A stretch of DNA of 64,000 nucleotides from IMG/VR virus record IMGVR_UViG_3300010357_000155; one strand, written 5' to 3'. The notes under the pieces were generated by a model. The model made no database searches, had not been told where the DNA came from, and saw only the letters and a program-made list of their open reading frames with translations. Position 1 is the stretch's first letter. Every line of letters starts with the position of its first letter. Shown here piece after piece: positions 8,860-19,039 of this stretch. A program made the position numbers and the translations under genes. The stretch comes from an uncultured virus (IMG/VR IMGVR_UViG_3300010357_000155). Its lineage: Duplodnaviria; Heunggongvirae; Uroviricota; Caudoviricetes.

Positions 8860-10959
8860 TTAAGCAGCCAAATCAGTCATACGATAAGCTTCAACGTATG
8901 TCGTCATCACGGTCTTCATGTTGTTGGCGTAGATCTTGATAGGCAACGTCCAGCTGTAACCACGGAGATTATCCATCTCAGTGACGGTAGCATTCGGCTG
9001 AATCACAAACTTGCCATCGAACTTATCTTTAACCGCATTCGAAACGAATAGGTTAACTTGTTCTTCCAACTGAGCGTTCGTCAAGCTGATTGAGCCTGAG
9101 AATTCACGCCAAGCAGCATGAGCAACCTTGTTCAGGTATGCAATAGCCATAGCAGTGAAATAGCTGTTCAGAACAGAAGTATCGTTTTCATAAACGGTTT
9201 GGATAGCCGGGAAGAACTGTGTACCGACCTGATAGTTCAGGACGAAGTTCAGACCAGTGCTCCAAAGAGTGTTACGAGTAGAAGCAGGAACCCAGGTAAC
9301 ATCGATATTCTTCAACTGAGTTACGATGCTCAACGGAGCACGGTCGAAGGCAAAGCCATTCTTCCAAGCACCATTCTTGGCACCCATGTAACGAGCAGAC
9401 TTATGAGCCACTTCATACGTCAGCGGGACACGCTTGGTATAGAGGGAGTTGATCAGTTCGCCAGAACCACCACAGATGATACCACGCATAACCGGGGTAC
9501 CGAACGTAGCAGATTCAGGATACAGTTCGATCATGGTCTTCAGAGCAACGCCAACTGAGTATTGGTCAGCCAGAGTAATCGAAGGAGCATCATGAGCAAA
9601 TGTTGACCAAGCAACAAAAGTATCCTTACGGCGAGAAATAAACTTAGCAAGAGTCTTCTTTGTAGCCAGTGTGAAACCAGAGTCATAAATCATTGACTCA
9701 GGATGCATGACCAGATCGTTATACTCGTGCAAGCTATTGTTATAGTTGTCCATGTCAGCGGCAACCAATGAATCAAGCAGAGCTGCATTGATTGTGCCAT
9801 CGGTAGAACCAGACAGGAACAGATTAGTATTCTTCGTCAGACGAATAGAACCAACCAGGTCAACCAGCTTAGCGGTCTGATACGGCGAACCATTGGAGCT
9901 AGTAAACGACAGGAAGTTCAATGCATAGATATTCTGTGCAGTGTTATTAATAACTGAATCACGAGTTGAATCAGAGATAACCTTTTCAGCATCGTAAACA
10001 GCAGTCAGAACTTCGACCAGATTTTCGTGGTAAACGAAAACAGAACCTAAGTCCGTGGACTGAGCAACCGGAAGATTGATATACTGATCGGTAACGGTCT
10101 TTTCCAGATCAATGACAGCGCCACTAGCAGGATCAGTACCCTTTTCTTGAGCAATGAACTTAGCATATTGACTACCAAAGCTGTTGAGAACGCTATTGGT
10201 CTTACCGGTCAGTGTGTCGACCAACTTAACCATCTGGAAGTAGAACGGATACATCTTACCGTCATTCAGAATGTTCGATGGGAACGGAACGATATCTGAT
10301 TCCAGAGCAGAGAACAGACGAACAGCCAGCTTATTGCCAGCTTCACCTGCGTCAGCAGCAGCAAATTCGAAAATAGGATACTGAGTAGACTGAACAGCAC
10401 CTGCAACTTGCAGACCATTACGTTGTGTCAACAGACCGCGTTGGAATTCACCAACATTAGCGACTGTCTTGTCGATAACCCAAGCAACCTTATGACCTGC
10501 AACCAAAACTGGGTCATCATTGGAATCAAGTTGAGGAATAGGAGCACCGTTAACATCCAGGTCAAGAGAGCCATCGCTGTTCTTAACATAGAGCGGAACC
10601 TGAGTCGGCAGAACGTCAAGGTACAATGCCAGATTGGCAACGTCCTTAGCGTCCGGAGCAACAAGACGGTGAATAACACAGTTGTTACCGGCAGAAGCAA
10701 CTGCTTGCAGGAACGGAGACTGATGTGTGTAGTACTTCTTATTAACATTGAAGGTTTCATCACCATAAAGCTGGGTGAGAGAAACACTATCAAAGTCAAC
10801 ATACTGCGGACCCACTTTACCCTTTTCAGCAAAAATGAAAAGCTTAGGAAGGTGTTGCGGGATTTGCAGCGCTGCACGGGGAACGACTCGGGTAGACAGA
10901 TCGCGTGTACCTTGATCGATCACCATTGGTGCTGCATTGAGAATATCTGTCATGTTCAA
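8860..10959 (-). CDS. Contractile tail sheath protein (phiKZ gp29-like)
   Basis: 699 aa; NAAP…G.RD, PQHLP, YDSGF, PESATFGTPVMRG, YANNMKTV. Confidence 0.9.
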   Translation of the reverse strand: MNMTDILNAAPMVIDQGTRDLSTRVVPRAALQIPQHLPKLFIFAEKGKVGPQYVDFDSVSLTQLYGDETFNVNKKYYTHQSPFLQAVASAGNNCVIHRLVAPDAKDVANLALYLDVLPTQVPLYVKNSDGSLDLDVNGAPIPQLDSNDDPVLVAGHKVAWVIDKTVANVGEFQRGLLTQRNGLQVAGAVQSTQYPIFEFAAADAGEAGNKLAVRLFSALESDIVPFPSNILNDGKMYPFYFQMVKLVDTLTGKTNSVLNSFGSQYAKFIAQEKGTDPASGAVIDLEKTVTDQYINLPVAQSTDLGSVFVYHENLVEVLTAVYDAEKVISDSTRDSVINNTAQNIYALNFLSFTSSNGSPYQTAKLVDLVGSIRLTKNTNLFLSGSTDGTINAALLDSLVAADMDNYNNSLHEYNDLVMHPESMIYDSGFTLATKKTLAKFISRRKDTFVAWSTFAHDAPSITLADQYSVGVALKTMIELYPESATFGTPVMRGIICGGSGELINSLYTKRVPLTYEVAHKSARYMGAKNGAWKNGFAFDRAPLSIVTQLKNIDVTWVPASTRNTLWSTGLNFVLNYQVGTQFFPAIQTVYENDTSVLNSYFTAMAIAYLNKVAHAAWREFSGSISLTNAQLEEQVNLFVSNAVKDKFDGKFVIQPNATVTEMDNLRGYSWTLPIKIYANNMKTVMTTYVEAYRMTDLAA

Positions 10960-11036
10960 CTCCTAGACAAAAAAGGGAAACTCTTTAAGCATGTTTTGAT
11001 GATATAAAATCACACTATTTTCAAAAGGAAAATGAC

Positions 11037-11972
11037 ATGATTCTCACCGAACCATACGACTTCAAAACTCTTAGACTCTTAGACAAGACTGAAACTTTAT
11101 ATAACATCAATAAGTATATCGCAATCGATTACGCTTTTATACGTGAAAAAGAAAAAGTAAATATCAAACCCTTCGTAGATGACTATGTTACTTTAACACC
11201 AGTCATTCTTTACGGGCTAAGCGATGTTGAGAAGGATATTACTCCTTTTAACCACCCAATTATTAATAAAGAAGGTAAATGGATTGCATTGGATCTAAGA
11301 AATGTTGTTAAACTTAGTTCTGATAAAGAAAATTTTGAAGTCAGAAATGATAGTGAATACAATCTTTCTTTGCAGAGATTTATTCTGACTGGCATGTGGA
11401 CTGTCGGAAAACAGACTTCCCTATACAGTTTGAAGTTCCCTCATTTTTGCTTTGCCAGTTGGTTATCAGAAAATTTAACTAAAAAGTTTGGTCTAGATCT
11501 TAATAACCAACTTCAACTCCGTATTCTTAGTTTAATTTATTACTCAAAGTTATTTACGAATAACTACGATGAAGATGATTTTGGTAAGTTGATTGTCCGT
11601 CTGAAAGAAGACATCATGGTACCGAAACTTATCGAAGAAGTTTACGAGAAGATCGGTGACTTAGAAAATATTGATGATTACTGCAAAGCCTGTTACGATG
11701 TCACAGGTAACATCAGATTGAAGAATCTGGACAGCAATGTGTTAATCAACACCTTAGCAAATAACTGGGTTGGTCTGAATGGTAAGGAACTTGTTCTGTT
11801 ATCTCTGGAACATCCTCCCACTTGGGTTTCTCTCGTGTTTGCCGCATTGACACAACGTTCATTCAGTAAAAACTTTATTGGTACGATTGTCGAGAAGCTG
11901 AATAAAAAGGGTGTTGGTGACGAATTCCTAAAATCTCTTATTTATATAACGAGAGAATACAAAGAGGACTAA
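11037..11972 (+). CDS. Virion structural protein (phiKZ gp28-like)
   Basis: Divergent from the sheath as in phiKZ-like phages; PFNHP, LEHPPTW. Confidence 0.65.
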   Translation: MILTEPYDFKTLRLLDKTETLYNINKYIAIDYAFIREKEKVNIKPFVDDYVTLTPVILYGLSDVEKDITPFNHPIINKEGKWIALDLRNVVKLSSDKENFEVRNDSEYNLSLQRFILTGMWTVGKQTSLYSLKFPHFCFASWLSENLTKKFGLDLNNQLQLRILSLIYYSKLFTNNYDEDDFGKLIVRLKEDIMVPKLIEEVYEKIGDLENIDDYCKACYDVTGNIRLKNLDSNVLINTLANNWVGLNGKELVLLSLEHPPTWVSLVFAALTQRSFSKNFIGTIVEKLNKKGVGDEFLKSLIYITREYKED

Positions 11973-11973
11973 A

Positions 11974-14562
11974 ATGAACAAACTCCAGAAGTTTGCACTT
12001 GAGAATATTTACTGTGCTCCTGGACAAGATCAACAGTTTAGCTTTTCTCTTGTTCGAGTTAATAAAGTTAATCAACCGCTAACTTCTGTTGTTAGTGTTT
12101 ATAATGTCACAAAAAGGTTACCAAATCCTCAGTATCGTTATCACGTCTTTGTGATCGGTAACCTTAACCCACAGTTCCTTAATCTTCTCCGTCAAGGTAA
12201 AGATTGGTATAAGGATGTCTGGGTTAAAGTCAGTGACGATATGGTTGCTCGCAACTATCTCTTAAAGATCTATAACGAAAAGGGTGTTGTTTATCCAAGA
12301 CAACATATCTATTATTCGTTCATTGATGAAAACAGTCTAATCATTGCAATGGAGTTTGAATATACTCTTAAGCAAAAATTTGATGTTGATAGTTTTAAAT
12401 ATTTACATGTCTATAGTAATAGTTTCTTTGCTACAGACGAATATCTTTCTTATCCTGTATGTAATGGAATTCAACATGCATCTAGTTATGTATTTAACAA
12501 TGTAGATAAAGTTGCTTTACAAAATCTGATTGCTGGTTGGCAGTCTGCTGGTGGTAAAGCTATTGTTTATGTAGATGGTTATTATACCGATAGTTTAAAT
12601 CTGAATATTCCTGATAATAGTTATGTTGAAGTTGTTTACGATCAATCGATCATTTCGAAAGAGAAGTTTACAATTAATGACTTAAGGACTTTTGATTCTA
12701 CCAAAGACAACAAATTAAAGTATCTTGTATTCCGAGATAACGTCATTAATTCTATTCAATTTAAAGATGACTTAGAAGTGTATGTTAGTGATGACAACCA
12801 GTTAGTAACTAAAGGGTTGTTTTTCTATCAACACAAAGATTATGCTGTTCGTAATGTTACTGATAAAGATTATAGTTTCTATACTTCATTTATTAACAAC
12901 ACAGCTCAAGAGGTTACAAACCTTACGACTGGTGCTATACAAGATAAAATCATTGTTCTATTCTCACGTAAAGCGGGTGTAACGAGAGATTTAGTTTACA
13001 GTGCTCCTAAATTACATGAACTTTATAAATTACCCCAGAGTGTCGAACTTGATGTTCTATCTAACACAGGTTATACCTTGACAGATTTTAGAGCTGAGAC
13101 ACTTGAAAATAGTGACTACTTTAAAATATGTAACTTAAACGGTATTAAAAATATATCCGTTGATCTTGCTATTAGCGCAATGGGGTACGGTGGCGTGTCT
13201 TATTATTTTGCCAATACTCCTGTTACCGCTATACCGGATATTACAAACATTCAGGTCCCTCCTTTGTACCATACTGATTCATTAGCTTTTGAGTATAATT
13301 CAGCTGGTGAGTTTTTAGGTCACTATACCACATCTGGTCCTGTTTATTTATTTAACAATCCAACAACACGTTATGTTGAATTCTTGTTTGGTGAAACACC
13401 TGCTGATTTTGGTAGACTATTCGCTAATAATGAATCCGTGACATTGTTGCATAATGAGTTTAAAGTATTGTCGGCTTATTTTAGTGGTGTTTCACGACTC
13501 ACTAACTGGGAAGATATTACGAATGATTCTAATCGTTGCGTTGTTAATGGGAATACATTACAGTTAACAGAACCTAGCGATCATAAAGTTAAGATAGTTT
13601 ATTTAAATCAACCTAATGTTTATAATTTAAGTATGGAAGCTGTTGATGGTACTTTGTATTTTCCATTAACAATTCAGGAAGATCGTGGTACAGGTCTACA
13701 GACCTTCCCGGTAGATGTTCCTTATTCTCATATTGAGATATATCTTAATAAACATAAACTAACTTATGGGTTAGATTACTTTATCAATTTCCCTTATGTA
13801 TCAATTTGCAATAAAGAGTTTCTTGACTATGTAACTTATATGCAAGATATTCATATCAGAATGTATGGTTTCACTCTGGATAAAACTGAGATTAATAAAC
13901 ATGAGAAAACTGGGTTTGTTAACCATGGTGTTCTCTTAAGAAACAATGCTTACGATATTCGTGATGATCGTGTCATGACGGTCTATGTTAAAGGTAAACT
14001 TCAGAATCGTAGTTCTATAACGTTTGCTGAAGAAGATAACACTGTAAGAATGAATAACCCTTTAAACGGTCTTCCTTATGTTATTAAAGAACCCTTTGTA
14101 CCATTGAAATCTATTACTGATAAAGAAACACTTCCTTTATTTGAAAGTGATATAGAAAAGAATAAACGTATTTCAGATTTGTTTAATGTGATTTTCCCTG
14201 AACCCACTATTAATCAAACAAACATTATCGCAGATCATTACTATATTTTCTCTCCGCTTGTTGGAAAGATTATTCAGGATATGATTGATGGAAATATTTC
14301 AGCCTCTTTGTATACTTCTCCTTATAACGACGGAACTATTATTACTTTACTTGATCAAGCTCCTTATAAAGAACTTTTAAATTTAGATCCAATTAAACAT
14401 AACATGCCTGATAATCTGGTTGAGATTCATCCGCATATCGGTAACGCTAATGTGGATGTTAACTTATTCCAGTATCGTTTTATTACTAATCTAATTCGTA
14501 TTATCACTAATAACAATCCTAACAAGATTAATATTAGTGGGTATTTAACAGTCAGTGCATAG
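11974..14562 (+). CDS. Virion structural/baseplate protein (phiKZ gp27-like)
   Basis: ALENIYCAPGQD N-terminus, RNVTDKDYS, GFVNHGVL…YDIRDDR; synteny. Confidence 0.7.
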   Translation: MNKLQKFALENIYCAPGQDQQFSFSLVRVNKVNQPLTSVVSVYNVTKRLPNPQYRYHVFVIGNLNPQFLNLLRQGKDWYKDVWVKVSDDMVARNYLLKIYNEKGVVYPRQHIYYSFIDENSLIIAMEFEYTLKQKFDVDSFKYLHVYSNSFFATDEYLSYPVCNGIQHASSYVFNNVDKVALQNLIAGWQSAGGKAIVYVDGYYTDSLNLNIPDNSYVEVVYDQSIISKEKFTINDLRTFDSTKDNKLKYLVFRDNVINSIQFKDDLEVYVSDDNQLVTKGLFFYQHKDYAVRNVTDKDYSFYTSFINNTAQEVTNLTTGAIQDKIIVLFSRKAGVTRDLVYSAPKLHELYKLPQSVELDVLSNTGYTLTDFRAETLENSDYFKICNLNGIKNISVDLAISAMGYGGVSYYFANTPVTAIPDITNIQVPPLYHTDSLAFEYNSAGEFLGHYTTSGPVYLFNNPTTRYVEFLFGETPADFGRLFANNESVTLLHNEFKVLSAYFSGVSRLTNWEDITNDSNRCVVNGNTLQLTEPSDHKVKIVYLNQPNVYNLSMEAVDGTLYFPLTIQEDRGTGLQTFPVDVPYSHIEIYLNKHKLTYGLDYFINFPYVSICNKEFLDYVTYMQDIHIRMYGFTLDKTEINKHEKTGFVNHGVLLRNNAYDIRDDRVMTVYVKGKLQNRSSITFAEEDNTVRMNNPLNGLPYVIKEPFVPLKSITDKETLPLFESDIEKNKRISDLFNVIFPEPTINQTNIIADHYYIFSPLVGKIIQDMIDGNISASLYTSPYNDGTIITLLDQAPYKELLNLDPIKHNMPDNLVEIHPHIGNANVDVNLFQYRFITNLIRIITNNNPNKINISGYLTVSA

Positions 14563-14563
14563 T

Positions 14564-14600
14564 AACTAACAGCCAGAGGTATTCCCTCTGGCTGTTAGTT
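14564..14600. terminator. Bidirectional terminator
   Basis: AACTAACAGCCAGAGG-tattc-CCTCTGGCTGTTAGTT between convergent genes. Confidence 0.75.
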
Positions 14601-15290
14601 TTATTGGTACGTAAGACGAAGCGAAATAAACATATCTACATTTTGTTTAAGTACATCAATACTACTATCATTGAATAAAGTATGGTCAAAACGATAACCA
14701 ATCCAATCATATTCAGACGAGTGAACATTCTGATTAAAGATATTAGGTTCTTTAGAAATATGTGATAAATAAAATTTATAAAGTTTCTTTTCAAAATTAC
14801 TATCAAGTTTATTATACTGAAGAGCAGATCGCCACCAAGCTGGCAAACCACCTCTTGTAATTTCAAATAAAACAGCATCAAGATGATGCAGCATCTTAAG
14901 TTCATTAACATATCGAGCATCAGATATAACAATTCTTACGTTAGGGTCTTTTTGTTGAAGACGGGTAATTTTATCTTCAACTGAAAGCACCCATATACGA
15001 TCATCAAAATGTTTACGCATGACATCGGTACCAAATGTTGTCATTGCGAATCGTGGTGTAAAGTTTGGAATACCTAAACGTTTAGCCCACCAATAGTCTA
15101 CCTTGTTTCTAGTGTCACGATGTTCAGGTGTTTTACCCTCAAGCATCTGACGATCCCAACCAAAGATAACAGCAAGTGCATCTTTAACGGATTCAGCAAA
15201 AGACAATTGGATAAACCCATATTTGCTAACTAGATGATCAGCTACCGTATCTTTACCTGATCCTATTAATCCTGTTAACCCAACGATCAT
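14601..15290 (-). CDS. Deoxynucleoside monophosphate kinase (T4 gp1-like)
   Basis: P-loop GLIGSGKDT, SFA, ISDARYVNE, HSSE. Confidence 0.88.
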   Translation of the reverse strand: MIVGLTGLIGSGKDTVADHLVSKYGFIQLSFAESVKDALAVIFGWDRQMLEGKTPEHRDTRNKVDYWWAKRLGIPNFTPRFAMTTFGTDVMRKHFDDRIWVLSVEDKITRLQQKDPNVRIVISDARYVNELKMLHHLDAVLFEITRGGLPAWWRSALQYNKLDSNFEKKLYKFYLSHISKEPNIFNQNVHSSEYDWIGYRFDHTLFNDSSIDVLKQNVDMFISLRLTYQ

Positions 15291-16183
15291 ATTGGAAGCT
15301 CCCTTGTTAAATACTGCATTTTGTAACGACCAGATTTTGAACGATGTGTTTCATCGCAAAAAGCCTTAATAGCTTCGTAATGATTTTTATAATCAGTGGC
15401 ATCAAAAGACGTTCCTGTTGTTCCGCCTTTCCAGCTTCCCTTTTCAGGACCAGTCTCTTTATCAAAATTAATTTTAAGTTGACGATAAGCAAGTGGTTTA
15501 GTAAACCATGACACCCATTTGAATTTACCGATACCTTTACGATAAACAGTTTCTTCAATATGTGTCTTTGCTGTTACCATAACACCATCAAAGTCTTTTA
15601 AAAGAAAATTGACCGTTGGACAATCTACATTTGGATCAAAAAGTTCTTTGAATGCAATACCTTTATTATTCTTTAGTTCCTTAAAGATATTATTCTTATC
15701 ATCGAATAAACGATATTCTGTTGTACGAAGTTGTGTCCATGGAAGATGCCAAGACCTACTTCTTTGTGTAATAGGTGTATATGTCTTATTAGGATCTTTA
15801 GGACTGTATGTTACAAAGCCTTCATTGTCAACATGGGTATAGTGTCCCATGTCATTTTGTATCCCAAAGAACACCTGAAGAAATCCTTCGTGATAACTAA
15901 AACCATATTCTTTATTGAATGAAGTATCATACCAGTCTCTACCTAGTCTAGCGATGGTTGCTTCATCCCATCCTGCTTTAACTTTATAAGTGATAGGTTT
16001 AATAAGTTGTCCAAGACAAACACGGAACACCCAACCAAACATATAAACGGTTAGAGTAGTTTCGATTTTATCTTCATCGTCATCAGAACCACCGCTATCT
16101 AAGATAGCACGGAATGCGTTCCAACTTGCTTTACCGTAAGTTATAGGACCAAACTTTCTATCATCACTGGTTAAACGTCCCAT
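15287..16183 (-). CDS. Hypothetical protein
   Basis: 298-aa ORF with AGGAG RBS; GPEKGSWKGG motif; function not recognised. Confidence 0.75.
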   Translation of the reverse strand: MGRLTSDDRKFGPITYGKASWNAFRAILDSGGSDDDEDKIETTLTVYMFGWVFRVCLGQLIKPITYKVKAGWDEATIARLGRDWYDTSFNKEYGFSYHEGFLQVFFGIQNDMGHYTHVDNEGFVTYSPKDPNKTYTPITQRSRSWHLPWTQLRTTEYRLFDDKNNIFKELKNNKGIAFKELFDPNVDCPTVNFLLKDFDGVMVTAKTHIEETVYRKGIGKFKWVSWFTKPLAYRQLKINFDKETGPEKGSWKGGTTGTSFDATDYKNHYEAIKAFCDETHRSKSGRYKMQYLTRELPI

Positions 16184-16230
16184 CTTAAACTCCTAATTAA
16201 AATTCACTTAATGAGAAAATAAATAAAAAA

Positions 16231-16254
16231 TCAAGAGAGCCGAAGCTCTCTTGA
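16231..16254 (-). terminator. Terminator hairpin
   Basis: TCAAGAGAGC-cgaa-GCTCTCTTGA (TTCG loop on minus strand) with T run. Confidence 0.75.
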
Positions 16255-16256
16255 TC

Positions 16257-16619
16257 TTAGTGGAATCGTAGTGATGGTTTAACAAATGTAAAGATTTTTT
16301 CAATGACATCACAAGCCGCTAAATGCGGACTTATCTCTCTATTTATTCTCACCATTACAGTTAAGTCACAAAAGTTACTTTGTTCTAAACCATAATCAAT
16401 AGGTTCATTACGTTCTGTACAAACTTTAACATGATCTATAGTTGATTTTCTAAAATATATTCTTGTTCCGATATGAGTTAAAGTTTCACTCTCGGTTATA
16501 ATTTGTTTTATTACATCATAATGATCTTGGGTGAATAAAGGAATATCACCCATAACCATCTCTTTGCAAGATTCACCTTCTTGTAAATTTGCTAAGATGA
16601 ATGGGTTTGTTTCCATCAC
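16257..16619 (-). CDS. Hypothetical protein
   Basis: 120-aa ORF abutting the upstream gene. Confidence 0.6.
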   Translation of the reverse strand: MMETNPFILANLQEGESCKEMVMGDIPLFTQDHYDVIKQIITESETLTHIGTRIYFRKSTIDHVKVCTERNEPIDYGLEQSNFCDLTVMVRINREISPHLAACDVIEKIFTFVKPSLRFH

Positions 16620-16817
16620 TTAACCATTAATAATAGAATTTTCAGCCTTAGACTTTACTTCGAGTGCATTAGGCTTTCTTTTCTGTTGTTTCTGTCTATT
16701 CTTTTCCATTTGAGCAAGACGACGTTGACAAGCCTGAGACTCTCGCTGATCACGATTTAATCCAGTTACTTCTTCAACCTTACCTTGACCCCAACTATAA
16801 TCACGCATTGCCTGCAT
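16620..16817 (-). CDS. Hypothetical protein
   Basis: Strong AGGAGG RBS; 65 aa. Confidence 0.65.
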   Translation of the reverse strand: MQAMRDYSWGQGKVEEVTGLNRDQRESQACQRRLAQMEKNRQKQQKRKPNALEVKSKAENSIING

Positions 16818-16827
16818 GACATCCTCC

Positions 16828-17148
16828 TTAAATCTTAGAGGCTGCTAGAATCACAATAGAGATAGCAACGGAAAATAGTCCTATTGCTATAAGTGCATAA
16901 CCAGCACCTTCAGGCGATAGTTTTGCTTTCTTGAAATATTCTTCAAGATCGATATAGTCAAACAACGCTCGACGACCAAGATGAAGAACGCCAATATAAA
17001 GAACACTTGAAACAAGAATAATCAGGAAGCTGAGAGTACCTGCGCCAAAAGGCAGATTCTTAACAAAACCTGAGTCAGGGTCAGATAGAAGAAGAACAGT
17101 AACAACTAAAGCTGAACCGATGCCGAGAAACACGTTACGAAAGCGCAT
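16828..17148 (-). CDS. Three-TM membrane protein, holin-like
   Basis: Three hydrophobic segments; RRALFDYIDL…A…GAG motif; AGGAG RBS. Confidence 0.55.
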   Translation of the reverse strand: MRFRNVFLGIGSALVVTVLLLSDPDSGFVKNLPFGAGTLSFLIILVSSVLYIGVLHLGRRALFDYIDLEEYFKKAKLSPEGAGYALIAIGLFSVAISIVILAASKI

Positions 17149-17165
17149 GACAAACTCCTTTTAAA

Positions 17166-17621
17166 TTAATTATTAAGCTCTGACCGAACTTCTTGCCAAA
17201 GTACACCCAACATATTTTGTCCATTTTTATCTGGACCATGACCCCAGAAATCATCCCGCCAAGAGTCTTCAACTAACTTACGACTACCTGTTTCCATAAG
17301 TTTTTTATAGACATACTCATGCTGTAAAACCTTAGCAAAAAGAATATCTTTCATTATTTCAACTTTTACGTCATCCCAATCGGGTCTACGTTTATTCTTT
17401 TCAAGTTGTGCTATCTTAAATGCATCATGAGCAGACATAGCATCTAGAATTTGTATTTGAATATCTGGGTCATTTGGAAACTTTGCCCAGTGATAAGCTG
17501 CTTCAGCGGTATCAAAATTAACACCTTTCCAGCAAACTCTAAAAGAAGAAAAATTAGATAGCACATAAAACTCTTGTTCATAAAAATAAACATGTGTATC
17601 TGTGTCAAGTTTGTAATTCAT
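17166..17621 (-). CDS. ybiA: NADAR (YbiA-family) hydrolase
   Basis: LSNF, TAEAAYHWAKF, RPDW, LVEDS…DDFWG…GQNMLG. Confidence 0.9.
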   Translation of the reverse strand: MNYKLDTDTHVYFYEQEFYVLSNFSSFRVCWKGVNFDTAEAAYHWAKFPNDPDIQIQILDAMSAHDAFKIAQLEKNKRRPDWDDVKVEIMKDILFAKVLQHEYVYKKLMETGSRKLVEDSWRDDFWGHGPDKNGQNMLGVLWQEVRSELNN

Positions 17622-17666
17622 GATGATCCTTATGCGATTGTCAGTTTATTATTGTTAAAAATAAAA

Positions 17667-18617
17667 TTAAATTGGTGAATCAAATGTTGGAACAAAATAC
17701 TGAAAGGTTGCAAATCTAGGTTTATCTTTAGTACCTTTAGGGAATGACTTGAAATTAATCATTCTTCCTTTAAGTTTTTCTTTCTCTTGATAGAGTTTTA
17801 TCTTTTCATCTTTAGTCATACTACCCGTCGCAACGACACAGGAACTACCCTTCCTTGCGATCAAACGACCAGACCAAGGGTCATGTATGTCTTTGACTAA
17901 TGTACAGAAGAACTTACCTATTTCTTCTTTAGCAACTTTACCATCAATATGTGAACTTCTTTCCATATTACCAAGAAGATTCTCTTTAGGTTCATTGTTA
18001 TTAGTAAATGCCGGTAAGACATCTTCAATAATAGCTTCTTCAGAAATATAACGCTTTAGTCTTAACAGTTCACCTTCTTTAGAAGATGCTCCTTCTTTAT
18101 AAGTAAGTTCTGGATTACGAATAATAATGGCTTCGTTATCTGTTTTTAATATACTATCTTCGTAGTGAAGAATCTCTTCAATCGTTGAAGCGATAATATA
18201 ATGCGGTAATTTAAATTTAGGATGATCTTTAGTGAATAAATCCAGATTAAGTAATCGATCCTCGAAAGGAAATTCACCTAGTTGAAAGTTATCAATAAGG
18301 ATACAGTGATGTGCTCTTACTAAATTTTCACTATTAGTAAAGCTAACTGTTTCACGACAACAGGTTATCGGATCATATTCACCCTTATGATCTAACACAA
18401 CTAACTCAAACTCTTTACCTTCATATTCTTCATTACCATAAAGAGACTGAATATATTTATTAGGGATAGGAATTAATGTTTTTCCTTTTACGATACAGTT
18501 TTCAACTAAGCAACGGACACCGTCATACTTAGTCATAATGATAAGTTCTTTGTACTTAAGAAGTAACCTGATAAGTTCTTCTTCTATTGTATCTCTTGCT
18601 CTTTGTGGTTTGAACAT
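17667..18617 (-). CDS. ATP-dependent DNA ligase
   Basis: Motif I KYDGVR, EAIIIR, LLRLKR, C-terminal OB-fold KPRFA. Confidence 0.88.
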   Translation of the reverse strand: MFKPQRARDTIEEELIRLLLKYKELIIMTKYDGVRCLVENCIVKGKTLIPIPNKYIQSLYGNEEYEGKEFELVVLDHKGEYDPITCCRETVSFTNSENLVRAHHCILIDNFQLGEFPFEDRLLNLDLFTKDHPKFKLPHYIIASTIEEILHYEDSILKTDNEAIIIRNPELTYKEGASSKEGELLRLKRYISEEAIIEDVLPAFTNNNEPKENLLGNMERSSHIDGKVAKEEIGKFFCTLVKDIHDPWSGRLIARKGSSCVVATGSMTKDEKIKLYQEKEKLKGRMINFKSFPKGTKDKPRFATFQYFVPTFDSPI

Positions 18618-18700
18618 ATACTGTCCTTATTATAGACACATCATTAAAAAAAGTGTAAAAATAAAATTGGTTGATTACTTATCTTACTTAGGTGGAATAA

Positions 18701-18916
18701 ATGGACTTAGCAACATGTATCAAACATGATCAGTATTGTATTGGTCATAAAGAAATTAAGCTTTGTAACATGTGCTTAAATAAAGAAGTTAGTGTTTATC
18801 TTGACAGTCTTCCTATCGATCAAACTGTTGAAATTAAAGACGGTATGCATATGATAGATACATTTACTTGCAAAGCAACTAATGCAAGTTACTACACTTC
18901 TAAAAGAGAAAAGTAA
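18701..18916 (+). CDS. Small Cys-rich hypothetical protein
   Basis: AGGTGG RBS; five Cys; followed by a hairpin. Confidence 0.55.
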   Translation: MDLATCIKHDQYCIGHKEIKLCNMCLNKEVSVYLDSLPIDQTVEIKDGMHMIDTFTCKATNASYYTSKREK

Positions 18917-18917
18917 A

Positions 18918-18949
18918 ATATACACCACCAGTTTCCTGGTGGTGTATAT
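18918..18949. terminator. Bidirectional terminator downstream of tRNA-Thr
   Basis: ATATACACCACCAG-tttc-CTGGTGGTGTATAT. Confidence 0.75.
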
Positions 18950-18961
18950 CTCTTTGTTTGT

Positions 18962-19038
18962 TGGTGCCGAGCATCTGACTCGAACAGATGACCTTCGCAT
19001 TACAAATGCGCTGCTCTACCAAACTGAGCTAGCCCGGC
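18962..19038 (-). tRNA. tRNA-Thr(TGT)
   Basis: GCCGGGC/GCTCGGC acceptor stem, D-arm GCTC/GAGC, anticodon loop TT-TGT-AA, T-loop TTCGAGT, encoded CCA. Confidence 0.95.
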
Positions 19039-19039
19039 G

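Noticed and set aside
7980..11007. Long overlapping or antisense ORFs over tube and sheath (8131-8835, 9118-9558, 10408-11007, 10428-10877)
   Set aside because: Shadow frames expected from strong codon bias; no RBS or recognisable motifs
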